Below, piece after piece: positions 19,066 to 28,347 of a stretch of DNA of 64,000 bases. Position numbers and translations under genes: made by a program. The notes beneath the pieces were generated by a model that saw only the letters and a program-made list of their open reading frames with translations, did no database searches and was not told where the DNA came from. Numbering within the stretch: the first letter of the stretch is position 1; each line of letters opens with the position of its first letter. The DNA comes from Alphaproteobacteria bacterium (GTDB lineage: Bacteria > Pseudomonadota > Alphaproteobacteria > Paracaedibacterales > CAITNM01): NCBI GenBank assembly GCA_037138055.1, contig JBAXJB010000002.1, positions 4,968-68,967 of the forward strand. The letters are read 5' to 3'.

Positions 19066-19578
19066 CTATTGCTGACTCTGACTTAGTTCTTGCATAGGAG
19101 TATGTGTCACTCCTGCGTCTTTTGGATACCGCGAAATGACACGTTGCACGAATAAGTCCCTAGGGTCATTAGCTTTGCTTATTTGTATTTCAGGGTTAAG
19201 TTCTGCCTGTTTTTCAGTTTGGCGCATGCTTACAAGAACCGTTTGACGAAGGTTTTTTTCAATTTCACCAGCTTTGACAATAAGGTCATCAAGGCGGTAA
19301 CTAATCCTATCGGCGTGTTCAATTAATAAAATAACATCTTCGCTTATTGCTTGTGCGTTTGGAATATAGGTTTCTATTCCTTTTTGACTTGTTTCTGTTG
19401 CTTGCTTTAAATAGCCAATCGCTTGGTTTGCGCCATTTAAAACCTGGGTCAATCGCTCAATAGAAGGGGCCAAAACAGTAGTGAAACCTTTTAAAGACTG
19501 CAACCTATCGCTAAGTCGGTAACAAAATCCAACCGCAATCATCAACAAGAAAATAATACCAACATCTAACCACATCAT
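19066..19578 (-). CDS. Flagellar-cluster membrane protein (DUF6468-like)
   Basis: 170 aa with an N-terminal TM. Its start overlaps the fliM stop, and it lies between fliM and the motE-like gene. Family assignment is from memory only. Confidence 0.4.
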   Translation of the reverse strand: MMWLDVGIIFLLMIAVGFCYRLSDRLQSLKGFTTVLAPSIERLTQVLNGANQAIGYLKQATETSQKGIETYIPNAQAISEDVILLIEHADRISYRLDDLIVKAGEIEKNLRQTVLVSMRQTEKQAELNPEIQISKANDPRDLFVQRVISRYPKDAGVTHTPMQELSQSQQ

Positions 19579-20576
19579 TATATCTCTCCATTCTTACCAA
19601 ATAAAATATCATCTACTTTAACGGCTACATGCCCATTCTTTTGTCCCAGCTTCCCCAATAGAAGCTGATGGTTTTGACTGCGCAAATGAATTGGGCTTTG
19701 CATATCAGAAGAAAGCACTATCTGTGAACCTTTTTTCCAGCTCAACACGTCTTTTAGGCTAAACACTTCTGTGGGTAACGCTGCTTCAAGACTTACTTCA
19801 GCTTCACGTATTCGATCTGCCAAATGATCTTCCCAAATTTGATCACAACCAAATTTTTCACCCATAAAATTTTGAATCAGTAAATCACGTATGGGTTCAA
19901 CGCTAGAGTAGGGGATTACAATGTCAAAGTGTCCACTTCGGTCTTCCATTTCCAATTTGAAGACAAATTTCATTGTGACATTTTTTTCGTGTACTACCGC
20001 TGCAAAACGAGGGTTAGTCTCTAATCTTTCATATTGAAAATCAACAGCGCATATTGGCGAAAAGGCTTCGGTTAGGTCAGTTAATATGACTGCAATAAGT
20101 CTTTCTATTAAATTTCTTTCAAGGGTTGTATAAGGGCGTCCTTCTGCCCGACTGGTTGTGTGTGTACTCTTTCTGCCTCCTAGAAGCACATCAACTATTG
20201 AATAGACAAGCTGACTATCAATAGTGATCAATGCAGGAGTGTCCCATTGCTTAGCTTTAAATACGCCAATCAAACTGGGAAGGGGAATAGCATTAAGGTA
20301 ATCTGAAAAACGAACGGATGTAACACGTGCACAGCTTACATCAACATTATCAGATGTGAAATTACGCAGTGATGTTGTTAGAAGCCTAACCAAACGATCA
20401 AATACCACGTCTAAAATTGGTAAGCGCTCTGAATGGATTTTTCTACCCTCAAGAATTGCTGCTATTTTTTTGTGTTGATTTTCTTTTTCTGTAAGCTTGG
20501 TCACGTCTTCATGATTTAAAACATCAGAGAGTGTGTTTGGCATGCTTAAAGGAGTTCTTCCTGTGGTATATTCCAT
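19578..20576 (-). CDS. fliM: Flagellar motor switch protein FliM
   Basis: 332 aa with FliM blocks: SERLPILDVVFDRLVRLLTTSLRNFT, LVYSIVDVLLGG, and a C-terminal SpoA-like region. Confidence 0.85.
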   Translation of the reverse strand: MEYTTGRTPLSMPNTLSDVLNHEDVTKLTEKENQHKKIAAILEGRKIHSERLPILDVVFDRLVRLLTTSLRNFTSDNVDVSCARVTSVRFSDYLNAIPLPSLIGVFKAKQWDTPALITIDSQLVYSIVDVLLGGRKSTHTTSRAEGRPYTTLERNLIERLIAVILTDLTEAFSPICAVDFQYERLETNPRFAAVVHEKNVTMKFVFKLEMEDRSGHFDIVIPYSSVEPIRDLLIQNFMGEKFGCDQIWEDHLADRIREAEVSLEAALPTEVFSLKDVLSWKKGSQIVLSSDMQSPIHLRSQNHQLLLGKLGQKNGHVAVKVDDILFGKNGEI

Positions 20577-20582
20577 GTGTGC

Positions 20583-21104
20583 CTACTGAATAATAAAATC
20601 TTTAAGGATTACCCGATGAATTTTAATCGGTCGCACAATATTGCTAATGCGTAAAAGTATTGCTTCTCGCATACGTTCAAGGCCAGGCCCTTCAAGGTCG
20701 CTTATTGATTGGTCGCGCAAATAAGACAATAGCTGATCAAGAATAATGGGCATGAAGTCCCTTATTCTTTCTTCGTCATCTTTATTATAAATTTGCAAAT
20801 TAAAGGTTGCTCGCAGAATGTTTCCCTTAGGGTTTACAGAGCGGAGATTAACAACAATTTCTGGAATGGAAATGTAGCAATTGATTTCACGGTGGGTTGT
20901 ATTATGATCTGAAAAATGATCATAAATGAACCAACCACCAACACAAAAGAGCAAAATAATGAACAGAATGGTGTTTACAAGCAACACTTTTGAAGATGCT
21001 TTTTTCTTTCTAACACCTCTTTCAACAAGTTCTTCTATCTCATTTTTCAAGGTATAGCTGGTCTGATCGGCGTTTTGAGATTTATCTGTCATCAGTGTTC
21101 CCAC
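20583..21104 (-). CDS. fliL: Flagellar basal-body-associated protein FliL
   Basis: Single TM, then a FliL-like core (IPEIVVNLRS...LRATFNLQIYN...IRDFMPIILDQLLSYL). GTG at 21104; an alternative ATG is at 21092. Confidence 0.7.
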   Translation of the reverse strand: MGTLMTDKSQNADQTSYTLKNEIEELVERGVRKKKASSKVLLVNTILFIILLFCVGGWFIYDHFSDHNTTHREINCYISIPEIVVNLRSVNPKGNILRATFNLQIYNKDDEERIRDFMPIILDQLLSYLRDQSISDLEGPGLERMREAILLRISNIVRPIKIHRVILKDFIIQ

Positions 21105-21207
21105 TTTTCTTCTACCACTATCATCGTGAAATTTAATTAAAAATTTCTTAACTTTTACAATAATTGTCTTATAATAGAAAAAAATTTATCGATTAAAGGA
21201 GAAGTCG

Positions 21208-21693
21208 TTGATTACGAAACTTGATACTATTGATTTAAAAATTCTACAAATTCTACAAAAGTCAGGACGTATGACTAATGTGGATTTAGCAAAGCGTGTG
21301 GGAATATCTGCTCCACCATGTTTACGCCGATTGAAAAATTTGGAAGATGGTGGCGTTATTCAAGGATACCAAGCTAACCTCAATCCAAAATCACTTAGCT
21401 ACAACATTACTCTTTTTGCTTCTGTTGGGCTAAAAGAAAACAGTGAAGCACAACTTAGCTCATTTGAAAAAGCTATGCATGGCATCGATTTGGTTCGTGA
21501 ATGCTACCGCATAAGTGGTGAAGATGATTTCTTGTTGAAGATTGTTGCTCAAGACTTTGAGCATTATCAAAATGTTCTATCTAAAACATTACTAAATCTG
21601 AGCAACGTTGAACGTGTTCAGACAACAATTGTAATGGGTAACGCTAAAGCAGAGCCAGGAATTCCTGTAGCTGTTTATGAAGAAGCTGCGTAA
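21208..21693 (+). CDS. Lrp/AsnC-family transcriptional regulator
   Basis: HTH (LDTIDLKILQILQKSGRMTNVDLAKRVGISAPPCLRRLKNLE) plus an AsnC-type ligand domain. TTG start preceded by AAAGGAG. Confidence 0.9.
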   Translation: MITKLDTIDLKILQILQKSGRMTNVDLAKRVGISAPPCLRRLKNLEDGGVIQGYQANLNPKSLSYNITLFASVGLKENSEAQLSSFEKAMHGIDLVRECYRISGEDDFLLKIVAQDFEHYQNVLSKTLLNLSNVERVQTTIVMGNAKAEPGIPVAVYEEAA

Positions 21694-21706
21694 TTCATAA
21701 CTAATT

Positions 21707-21746
21707 TTTTCCCGTTCTTTATATAAAAGGACGGGAAAATTTTTAT
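21707..21746 (+). terminator. Rho-independent terminator downstream of lrp
   Basis: 9-bp perfect stem TTTTCCCGT/ACGGGAAAA (21707-21715 and 21731-21739), extendable by further pairs, followed by a T-rich tract. Confidence 0.6.
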
Positions 21747-21828
21747 TTCTTTATCATTGAGCCGCCACGCCTGTTTCAATAAAATCTTCTTTTTGCTACC
21801 CTTAATCAGTTAATAAAAAAATGCAGAC

Positions 21829-23436
21829 TTGATGTTGAACATATTGCATGATTGGTGTACTCGAAGTCACTTGTATGGCTTTGTATTGCGAAAATCTGTG
21901 CATGGGCAACTTAGAGATATTCATCAAGACAGCTGGCCTTCTGTTGCATGGAATGTCAGGAGTTTAAGCGCTGGCCTTTACCAAGTGTGTGGCGCAACCC
22001 TAACAATAGCTGAAGTTCTCAAAAATTTAGCCGAACCAAAAATGGATCCTCCAACTGTATGCTTGCATACCTTCGATTTCATACGCGATCTACACACTCT
22101 TGGCGATAATAATAGTCGGCGTCTTACAAGGCAGTGCATTACCCATTGGATAGAAAACAATAGTCAGTGGTCGAATAAACCCTGGAGAAGTCCAAGCTGG
22201 AACCTTGATATTTTAGGATATCGTCTTTGTAATTGGTTGGGATTTTATGAATTTTTTGCCCATAGCGCGAATCAATTGTTTCGTAAAAAACTCATTTCCT
22301 CAATTGGTCAGCAGTATCGTTTTTTAAAGCGACGATACCCCAGTTTGAAAGACCCTATTAGTCGCTTTCGTGCATTAAAAGGGTTGATTTATGCTGGATG
22401 TGCACTTCCTGGAGAGCAAAATCAGCTAGGCAAATGGATCGAAAAATTACATAAATGCTTGCAAGAACAGCTTGATGACAATTTTAATCAGCAATCGCGC
22501 CACCCCGGAACTGTTGTTCTGTTATTACGTGATCTAATCGATTTACGTTTGCTACTTCGTCATTTCTACGCAGGGCAGGTTGATTATTTAAATGATTACA
22601 TCATTCATCTGGCGCCAATTGTTAGGCACCTCCGTCATGGAGATGGCGCATTAAGTTCATTTACTGGCAATGCAACGCAACGATTAGAAGCTTTTTGTAG
22701 TCCTGTGCTGGGTGATGGCCTAATAGATATGGCCCTATCTTTGGCTGATAGCCGTGTGGCGCTGCCTGAACCTGTTGCCATGGGATATGTTCGCTGCTCA
22801 ACTAAGCCGGGATTTATTTTAATCAATACTCAACCCACAACCCTCAACACAACTCTTCATGATTGGTACGTAAAATCTACCGGCGTTTTAGATTTTGAGT
22901 GGTCAGAAAGGGCGCAGCGGTTGCTTGCTCGGTGTGACGCAAGCGTGCATGCGCACGATTCAAATCATTTCATGCACCTAGAACAGAAAAAAAAGCAAAC
23001 TCTCAAAAGTGAAATTATTCATGAAAAAGGTCATGCGTTTTTCTCAGGAGAATACCAAATAAATTGCAGTCCAAATAAGAATGACTTATACGGTGCTGTT
23101 TTACAGGTTAAGCGAGATTTGTATATTTCTCCAAACGGCGATATCCGAGGAGAAGAATTTTTTATTTTATCTCAACTGGGGCAGGGGAGTGTACGTTTTT
23201 TAGCAGCTCCAGAGCTAGAGTGGCGAATAGTCCAAGAAACCGAAAGCGCCTTCTTATGCAGAAAAACTAGCGAAGAAAAACCACAAAAACCAGAACATTT
23301 GAAAAAATTTCTATGCCAAGCTGATGCACAATTACATATAGTAGACGTTTTAGGTTTTAATGCATTGTGTGTAACATTTCCTTTAAATGCTAATCAACAA
23401 ACATCTGTAAAATGGGCGCTATCACCTATTAGCTAA
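21829..23436 (+). CDS. Heparinase II/III-like family protein (conserved alphaproteobacterial)
   Basis: 535 aa. N-terminal region resembles the heparinase II/III-like family (FDFIRDLHTLGD...THWIENN...WNLDILGYRLCNWL). Called from memory of the family, not from a search. Confidence 0.55.
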   Translation: MMLNILHDWCTRSHLYGFVLRKSVHGQLRDIHQDSWPSVAWNVRSLSAGLYQVCGATLTIAEVLKNLAEPKMDPPTVCLHTFDFIRDLHTLGDNNSRRLTRQCITHWIENNSQWSNKPWRSPSWNLDILGYRLCNWLGFYEFFAHSANQLFRKKLISSIGQQYRFLKRRYPSLKDPISRFRALKGLIYAGCALPGEQNQLGKWIEKLHKCLQEQLDDNFNQQSRHPGTVVLLLRDLIDLRLLLRHFYAGQVDYLNDYIIHLAPIVRHLRHGDGALSSFTGNATQRLEAFCSPVLGDGLIDMALSLADSRVALPEPVAMGYVRCSTKPGFILINTQPTTLNTTLHDWYVKSTGVLDFEWSERAQRLLARCDASVHAHDSNHFMHLEQKKKQTLKSEIIHEKGHAFFSGEYQINCSPNKNDLYGAVLQVKRDLYISPNGDIRGEEFFILSQLGQGSVRFLAAPELEWRIVQETESAFLCRKTSEEKPQKPEHLKKFLCQADAQLHIVDVLGFNALCVTFPLNANQQTSVKWALSPIS

Positions 23437-25030
23437 CCTTTTTAAAGATTGGGTTGCTTCCTTCATGCAAAAAGCTCACATAAGCCAATGTTTGCCCCTT
23501 TTCATCTGATCCAAATTCAATAAAGTGTGGGTCTGTGCGCGACATGTTGCCGTTAAACTCCCAGCCATTAAGCGTAAATTCATCGGCATTCCAGTGCACA
23601 ATTTTGCATGAATTATCTTTTATTTTAAGCCGCAACCCATTTTCTGTTGCTTCAATTTTCATTTCTCCGTACAGCTCATTAGTGTAGGTGCCCACATAAA
23701 ATTTGTCAGCTTTTTTGGGAGATGGGCTCTGAAGCTTCTTATTGGATCTTTGTGCAATTATTTTTTTAAAAGTCTGATCTTTTTTTTCTAAATATTCTTT
23801 ACTCCAGTCTCGCTCTTCAAGTTCCAAGAAGAAATTTAAAAAGACATTACGTAAGGCTTCCGGAAATAAGTTCAAATTGAAATGCCCTAGATTGGTTAAA
23901 ATGCCAACAGAAAAGCCAGCAGAAGGGCACATAAACATAAAGCTTCGTTGTCCTGTATATCCGCCCATATGTTCAAATACCTGAGTAGTATTGTCGCCAA
24001 CTCCATAGTCGTACATAAACCAGCCCATTCCATACCCTACATCTTTCATTAATTCCGGGGGGAATTGCATATCCTTCGGTTTAATTTTTGTATGCTTAAC
24101 CACAGATTTGCGCATGGCATTTATGTGTTCCTCCGGAATAATTTGAACACCATTATGCTTTCCGTTATTTAGCTGACATTGAAGCCAAATTCCAAAGTCA
24201 TGCGCGCTTGTGTTTATGCCAGAGGTGGAAGGAAATACATATACTAAAGGATCTAGGCCCATGCAAACAGCATTACCTTCTAAATCTTTATCATGGCAAA
24301 GAGCTATATTTTCATCAAATCCAAAAATTCTTTTTACTGAATTCCAAAACGAATTCTCTTGTTTAATAAGTGTGTGTCCGGCAGAGCTTCTTGTCATGCC
24401 TAATGGCTGATAGATATATTCTCTTAAAAGCTCTTCATAGCTCTTGTGAGTAACTTCTTCCATGACTAACCCCATGAAACCAAACATTTGGTTGCTGTAC
24501 GTGTAGTCTTCTCTAAATCTGCTATCAAATGGAATTTGGTGAATTTTTTCTATAATTTCTTTCGTTGAAAGACCTGCTTTCATTAAGCTATCGCCAGCAA
24601 AGCTTCCAATTCCCATGCGATGACTGATTAAATCTTGTAGGGTTGCATGTTCGGAAGCTTCCTTATTAGCCAGTTTAAAATCAGGTATGTATTTTTTAAC
24701 TCTGTCTTGAAGAGAAAAGATTTTCTTTGCCTCAAGAATTCCAGCAAGAGAAGCCGTAAAATTTTTGGTAAGCGACGCTACTTGAAAAAGTGTATGCTCG
24801 TTAACGGGCTTATTTTTCCCTACTTCTCTTGTACCAAACCCCTTGCTCAACAAAACTTTATCTGGGGTAACAATCACTATTGCCATGCCCGGAATGGCCC
24901 AAGTTGGCATATTTTTCTCTATATACTGTACAAATTTAGGCAAAAATTGATTTATACGTTGTTCCGTAGTTGTTGCTGCAGACAGAGCAAAGCTGAAAAT
25001 AACAGGAAGAATAAGAAAATATTTGAACAT
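23429..25030 (-). CDS. Serine hydrolase, beta-lactamase/PBP (class C-like) family, secreted
   Basis: Signal peptide. SxxK motif (VASLTKNF) and YxN motif (YTYSNQ). Extra C-terminal domain of ~100 aa. Confidence 0.8.
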   Translation of the reverse strand: MFKYFLILPVIFSFALSAATTTEQRINQFLPKFVQYIEKNMPTWAIPGMAIVIVTPDKVLLSKGFGTREVGKNKPVNEHTLFQVASLTKNFTASLAGILEAKKIFSLQDRVKKYIPDFKLANKEASEHATLQDLISHRMGIGSFAGDSLMKAGLSTKEIIEKIHQIPFDSRFREDYTYSNQMFGFMGLVMEEVTHKSYEELLREYIYQPLGMTRSSAGHTLIKQENSFWNSVKRIFGFDENIALCHDKDLEGNAVCMGLDPLVYVFPSTSGINTSAHDFGIWLQCQLNNGKHNGVQIIPEEHINAMRKSVVKHTKIKPKDMQFPPELMKDVGYGMGWFMYDYGVGDNTTQVFEHMGGYTGQRSFMFMCPSAGFSVGILTNLGHFNLNLFPEALRNVFLNFFLELEERDWSKEYLEKKDQTFKKIIAQRSNKKLQSPSPKKADKFYVGTYTNELYGEMKIEATENGLRLKIKDNSCKIVHWNADEFTLNGWEFNGNMSRTDPHFIEFGSDEKGQTLAYVSFLHEGSNPIFKKVS

Positions 25031-25149
25031 AGTGTAAACCTTTTGAATAACCGTATTTTAAGTTTTAAAGCAATAAAATTGATAATTTATTAATAATTAG
25101 CTGATAACTTCAAATTAAGTATAGCAAAAAGATTTGTCGTGGAGAAGTT

Positions 25150-25662
25150 ATGGGGCCAATGTTGTTATTAGTTCTGGGTATATTAAGTGCTGTGGGTTTC
25201 AGCCTTTATCAATTTGGTGAACATCATCGCTTTGATGTTATTCCAGATGCCAAAGGTGGCATTTTCATTCTTGATAAAAAGTCAGCAGCAATAAATTACT
25301 GTAATGATAAAACATGTTCGCTTGTTGGTAATGGGGCGCTGCCTAGTCAAATTATGGGCAATCCAGCCGCCATGGCTTCAATGCAAGGTGCAATTATGGG
25401 GGCTCCAGCAGCTGTGTCTGCTCCTCAAGCAGGGCAGGCACCAAATGGAATGAATGCAAATATTGCAGCTTCCGGAGTTGCCAACGCTGCCCAGGCAGAT
25501 GTGGCGACAGCTGTGCATGATGATGGCGATGTTCAAAACGCTGATGCTGAAGCAGCGCACCCAGATGCAGAAGCTCCACATCCTGACGAAGCAGAGCAAC
25601 CAGCAGATGCTGCACCAGCTACTGCGGAAGCTGCAGCACCAGAAGGGTATGCATTTAACTAA
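25150..25662 (+). CDS. Hypothetical membrane-anchored protein with an Ala/Asp-rich disordered tail
   Basis: 170-aa ORF with an N-terminal TM (LLLVLGILSAVGFSLY) and an A/P/D/Q-rich C-terminal half with HPDAEA repeats. Confidence 0.4.
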   Translation: MGPMLLLVLGILSAVGFSLYQFGEHHRFDVIPDAKGGIFILDKKSAAINYCNDKTCSLVGNGALPSQIMGNPAAMASMQGAIMGAPAAVSAPQAGQAPNGMNANIAASGVANAAQADVATAVHDDGDVQNADAEAAHPDAEAPHPDEAEQPADAAPATAEAAAPEGYAFN

Positions 25663-25770
25663 ATACACCCAGAGATAGTTTTGCGCACCAGAACTATCAA
25701 GCATTAAGATTGCATAATCTAGATTATGGAAAATTATTATATAACCCAGTTCTCAGAGGGTCTGTATATC

Positions 25771-25792
25771 TGTGGACAACTTCTGTGGATAA
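25771..25792 (+). promoter_or_regulatory. Two closely spaced DnaA-box-like 9-mers
   Basis: TGTGGACAA (25771-25779) matches 8/9. TGTGGATAA (25784-25792) is the exact reverse complement of TTATCCACA. Both are in the same orientation, upstream of the tlpA-like gene. Confidence 0.3.
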
Positions 25793-25801
25793 ATATTCTG
25801 C

Positions 25802-26497
25802 TTGAGCTGCGCTAAAGCCTTTGCTCTAATTACACATATAGTTTTTATATGCACATATATGTTCGTAGTTGCGCCGTTACTATTTTGGGCTTGGTTGAAT
25901 AACGAATCCCCAATTTACTCAATAGAAAGTAGAGACAAAGCTGAGGTTGTAAAGGCAACCGAGGACAAAAAAAGTAAAGGCATTACCAAGAAAATGCCCG
26001 CTGACAAAGCAATGGAAATCATGCTTGAACATGGATTCCTTCCGCAGTTATCACCAGTGTATGTCCCTTCCCTAATCATTAATGTGCAAACTTCAAGCAC
26101 TAAACATTTTCATGGAATAAACTATAAGGACTCAAAAAAACCAGTCTTATTACACTTTTGGGCTACTTGGTGTGGTCCTTGTAAGCAGGAGCTTCCATTT
26201 TTTGCCGAATTCGTGAATACACAAGATATAATAGATGTCTATACGATAACTTCTGAGCTAAAAGAAAGTAACGCTGATGTAGCAACCAAAATATGGAATT
26301 TTTATAGTACACACAACATAAAAGGTCTTAATGTCTGTACAGATTTTCATAATAGACTGGCATCGCTATTTGACGTTAGCGGTATACCAGCAACGATTAT
26401 TATATCAGCCAATGGCCAGTTGCTGGGAAGGTTTTTGGGGGCAACCGATTGGGCAAACCCAGAATTGTCTGCCGCTTTGGTGTCTTATTTGGGATAA
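25802..26497 (+). CDS. TlpA/ResA-like thiol:disulfide oxidoreductase (thioredoxin fold), membrane anchored
   Basis: WATWCGPCKQE active site and downstream GIPATIII motif. The true start is probably the ATG at 25859 (MFVVAPLLFW). Confidence 0.8.
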   Translation: MSCAKAFALITHIVFICTYMFVVAPLLFWAWLNNESPIYSIESRDKAEVVKATEDKKSKGITKKMPADKAMEIMLEHGFLPQLSPVYVPSLIINVQTSSTKHFHGINYKDSKKPVLLHFWATWCGPCKQELPFFAEFVNTQDIIDVYTITSELKESNADVATKIWNFYSTHNIKGLNVCTDFHNRLASLFDVSGIPATIIISANGQLLGRFLGATDWANPELSAALVSYLG

Positions 26498-26661
26498 TGG
26501 ATTCCTTGTAAGTTTTGTGTTCTCCATCCTGGTTCCAATATTAGAAACCAATCCTCATTAGATGGCATTGTTGGTGCTGTGCGCCCCATGACACCAGCGC
26601 TGATTCTCGGGAATTCCTAGCATCGCAGGGCTGAGTGTTTTACCTTAATGAGTGTTTTACC

Positions 26662-27078
26662 TTAAGCGGATGTAGGGTTGTCGTGTTCATCTAAAACTTT
26701 TCGTTGTTCCAAATCTAGCCTGTAAGTTTTACCTGTTCCATAAATTGATCCTGATTCAATTTTTAGCTCAGTACCGTCAGATGACCATTCAATAGATCTA
26801 ATATCTAAGAATATTTTAGAGTCGTGCCAAAAACGGCTAACCGAACAGGCTTCAGCTGCCCTTATTTTTATAATGCCAATATTTGTTCCTCCACCATCAT
26901 CGCACCATACCCAAACCGCATATTTATTATTCGGTCCCATCAAAGCACCAGGTGTGCAGACCTTTGGATAAATATCTATTTTAGTGGGGTTTTTCTTTAA
27001 GCTTGAATGCAAAACAAGGGCAACACCGGCAACGGCTAGAAAAATAAAAATTATCCAAGTTTTAAAGAATTTTTTCAT
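26662..27078 (-). CDS. Hypothetical membrane-anchored or secreted protein
   Basis: 138 aa with an N-terminal TM/signal (WIIFIFLAVAGVALVL). No recognised domain. Confidence 0.45.
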   Translation of the reverse strand: MKKFFKTWIIFIFLAVAGVALVLHSSLKKNPTKIDIYPKVCTPGALMGPNNKYAVWVWCDDGGGTNIGIIKIRAAEACSVSRFWHDSKIFLDIRSIEWSSDGTELKIESGSIYGTGKTYRLDLEQRKVLDEHDNPTSA

Positions 27079-27087
27079 TGTGATTAC

Positions 27088-28347
27088 CTACAATGTCCAG
27101 TAATTAAATCCTGCTGGAGGAGATTGGCGCCAAATCGCTTTCAGGTCAAACACCCAGCCCTGTGGGGCTAAAAATTGCGCAAAATCAGCGCTGGTGAACT
27201 GACAATATAAATCATGGGGTACAGCACCAACAATACCATCGTAATGGGTATCTGTTTCTAATGTTGGAACTAGGTCATAATTGAAGAATTGGCTTGCTTC
27301 CTTAGGGTCTGCGCAGGCATCGTGCACATCAACATGATGTCCACGCATTTTTAGTGCTTCAACTAAATCAACCACTTTTGTGTTACGTAAATCTGGTACG
27401 TTTTCCTTAAACGTTAACCCTAAAACTAACAACCGCAACGGGCGCCCTGCCCTTTGTGTCATGATGTCTGCCAATTCATTTGCCATTGATTCATTAATTG
27501 AACGACCTGCTAAAATCATTTGTGGGTCATGCCCAAGTGACTTTGATGCTTGCGCTAAGTAATACGGGTCCACGCCAATGCAATGTCCACCAACAAGACC
27601 AGGCAAAAACTTCAAGAAATTCCACTTGGTTGATGCCGCATCTAAAACATCGTAGATAGAAATATTCATTTTTGAAAAAATCAGGGAAATTTCATTCATG
27701 AAGGCAATGTTGATATCACGTTGTGTGTTTTCAATAACCTTAGCGGCTTCTGCAGCCTTAATGGTTTTAGCTATGAAAATATTGTTGTTATTCATTTTTC
27801 CATAGATTTGTGCAATTTTTTTTGCAATCTCAGGGGTTTGGGCGGCAACAACTTTAGTGATTTTTTCAACGGTATGAACCTTATCACCCGGGTTAATACG
27901 TTCTGGTGAATAACCCAAGTAAAAATCTACGCCAGCTTTAAGGCCAGATACTTTTTCCAAAATTGGCCCACAGAAATCTTCGGTAACACCTGGGTAAACT
28001 GTGCTTTCATAAACGATTATAGAGCCTTTAGAGATGATTTCTCCAAGCGCTGTTGATGCTTTGCGCAATGGCTCAAGGTCTGGCGTATTTGAGTCATCAA
28101 CCGGTGTTGGTACTGTTACAATGAATACATCGCAGCCAAGCATAGAATTAGCATCTGTTGAAACTTGTAAGCTGCTTTTCTTTAAAACATCGCTTTCAAT
28201 TTCATTGGTGCGGTCATAACCTTCTTTAATTTCACGAATACGGTGCTCTGAAACGTCATATCCAACAACCTTATAGCTTTTTGCCAAAGCAACCGCTAAT
28301 GGTAAGCCTACATAGCCAAGCCCAACAACTGCAATTTTAGATTCCAT
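27088..28347 (-). CDS. Nucleotide-sugar 6-dehydrogenase (TviB/WbpO-like UDP-N-acetyl-hexosamine dehydrogenase family)
   Basis: Rossmann motif VVGLGYVGLPLA, catalytic region GGHCIGVDP, and C-terminal LGLTFKENVPDLRN. Start set at the internal ATG (MESKIAV). Confidence 0.85.
   Translation of the reverse strand: MESKIAVVGLGYVGLPLAVALAKSYKVVGYDVSEHRIREIKEGYDRTNEIESDVLKKSSLQVSTDANSMLGCDVFIVTVPTPVDDSNTPDLEPLRKASTALGEIISKGSIIVYESTVYPGVTEDFCGPILEKVSGLKAGVDFYLGYSPERINPGDKVHTVEKITKVVAAQTPEIAKKIAQIYGKMNNNNIFIAKTIKAAEAAKVIENTQRDINIAFMNEISLIFSKMNISIYDVLDAASTKWNFLKFLPGLVGGHCIGVDPYYLAQASKSLGHDPQMILAGRSINESMANELADIMTQRAGRPLRLLVLGLTFKENVPDLRNTKVVDLVEALKMRGHHVDVHDACADPKEASQFFNYDLVPTLETDTHYDGIVGAVPHDLYCQFTSADFAQFLAPQGWVFDLKAIWRQSPPAGFNYWTL

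Noticed and set aside
24647-25093. 148-aa plus-strand ORF
   Set aside because: It is antisense to the 5' part of the serine hydrolase gene and has lysine/phenylalanine-rich, AT-driven composition.
25771-25792. Replication origin call based on the DnaA boxes
   Set aside because: There are only two boxes, no cluster, no obvious unwinding element and no typical ori-linked genes. It is kept only as a low-interest regulatory observation.
26498-26665. A somewhat GC-richer intergenic stretch plus a perfect 17-bp tandem duplication (TGAGTGTTTTACCTTAA x2, 26632-26665) at the 3' end of ORF 26662-27078
   Set aside because: I could find no tRNA-like or other RNA fold, ORF or repeat partner. The duplication covers only the stop codon and 3' flank. 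It is most simply a slippage scar or gene remnant.
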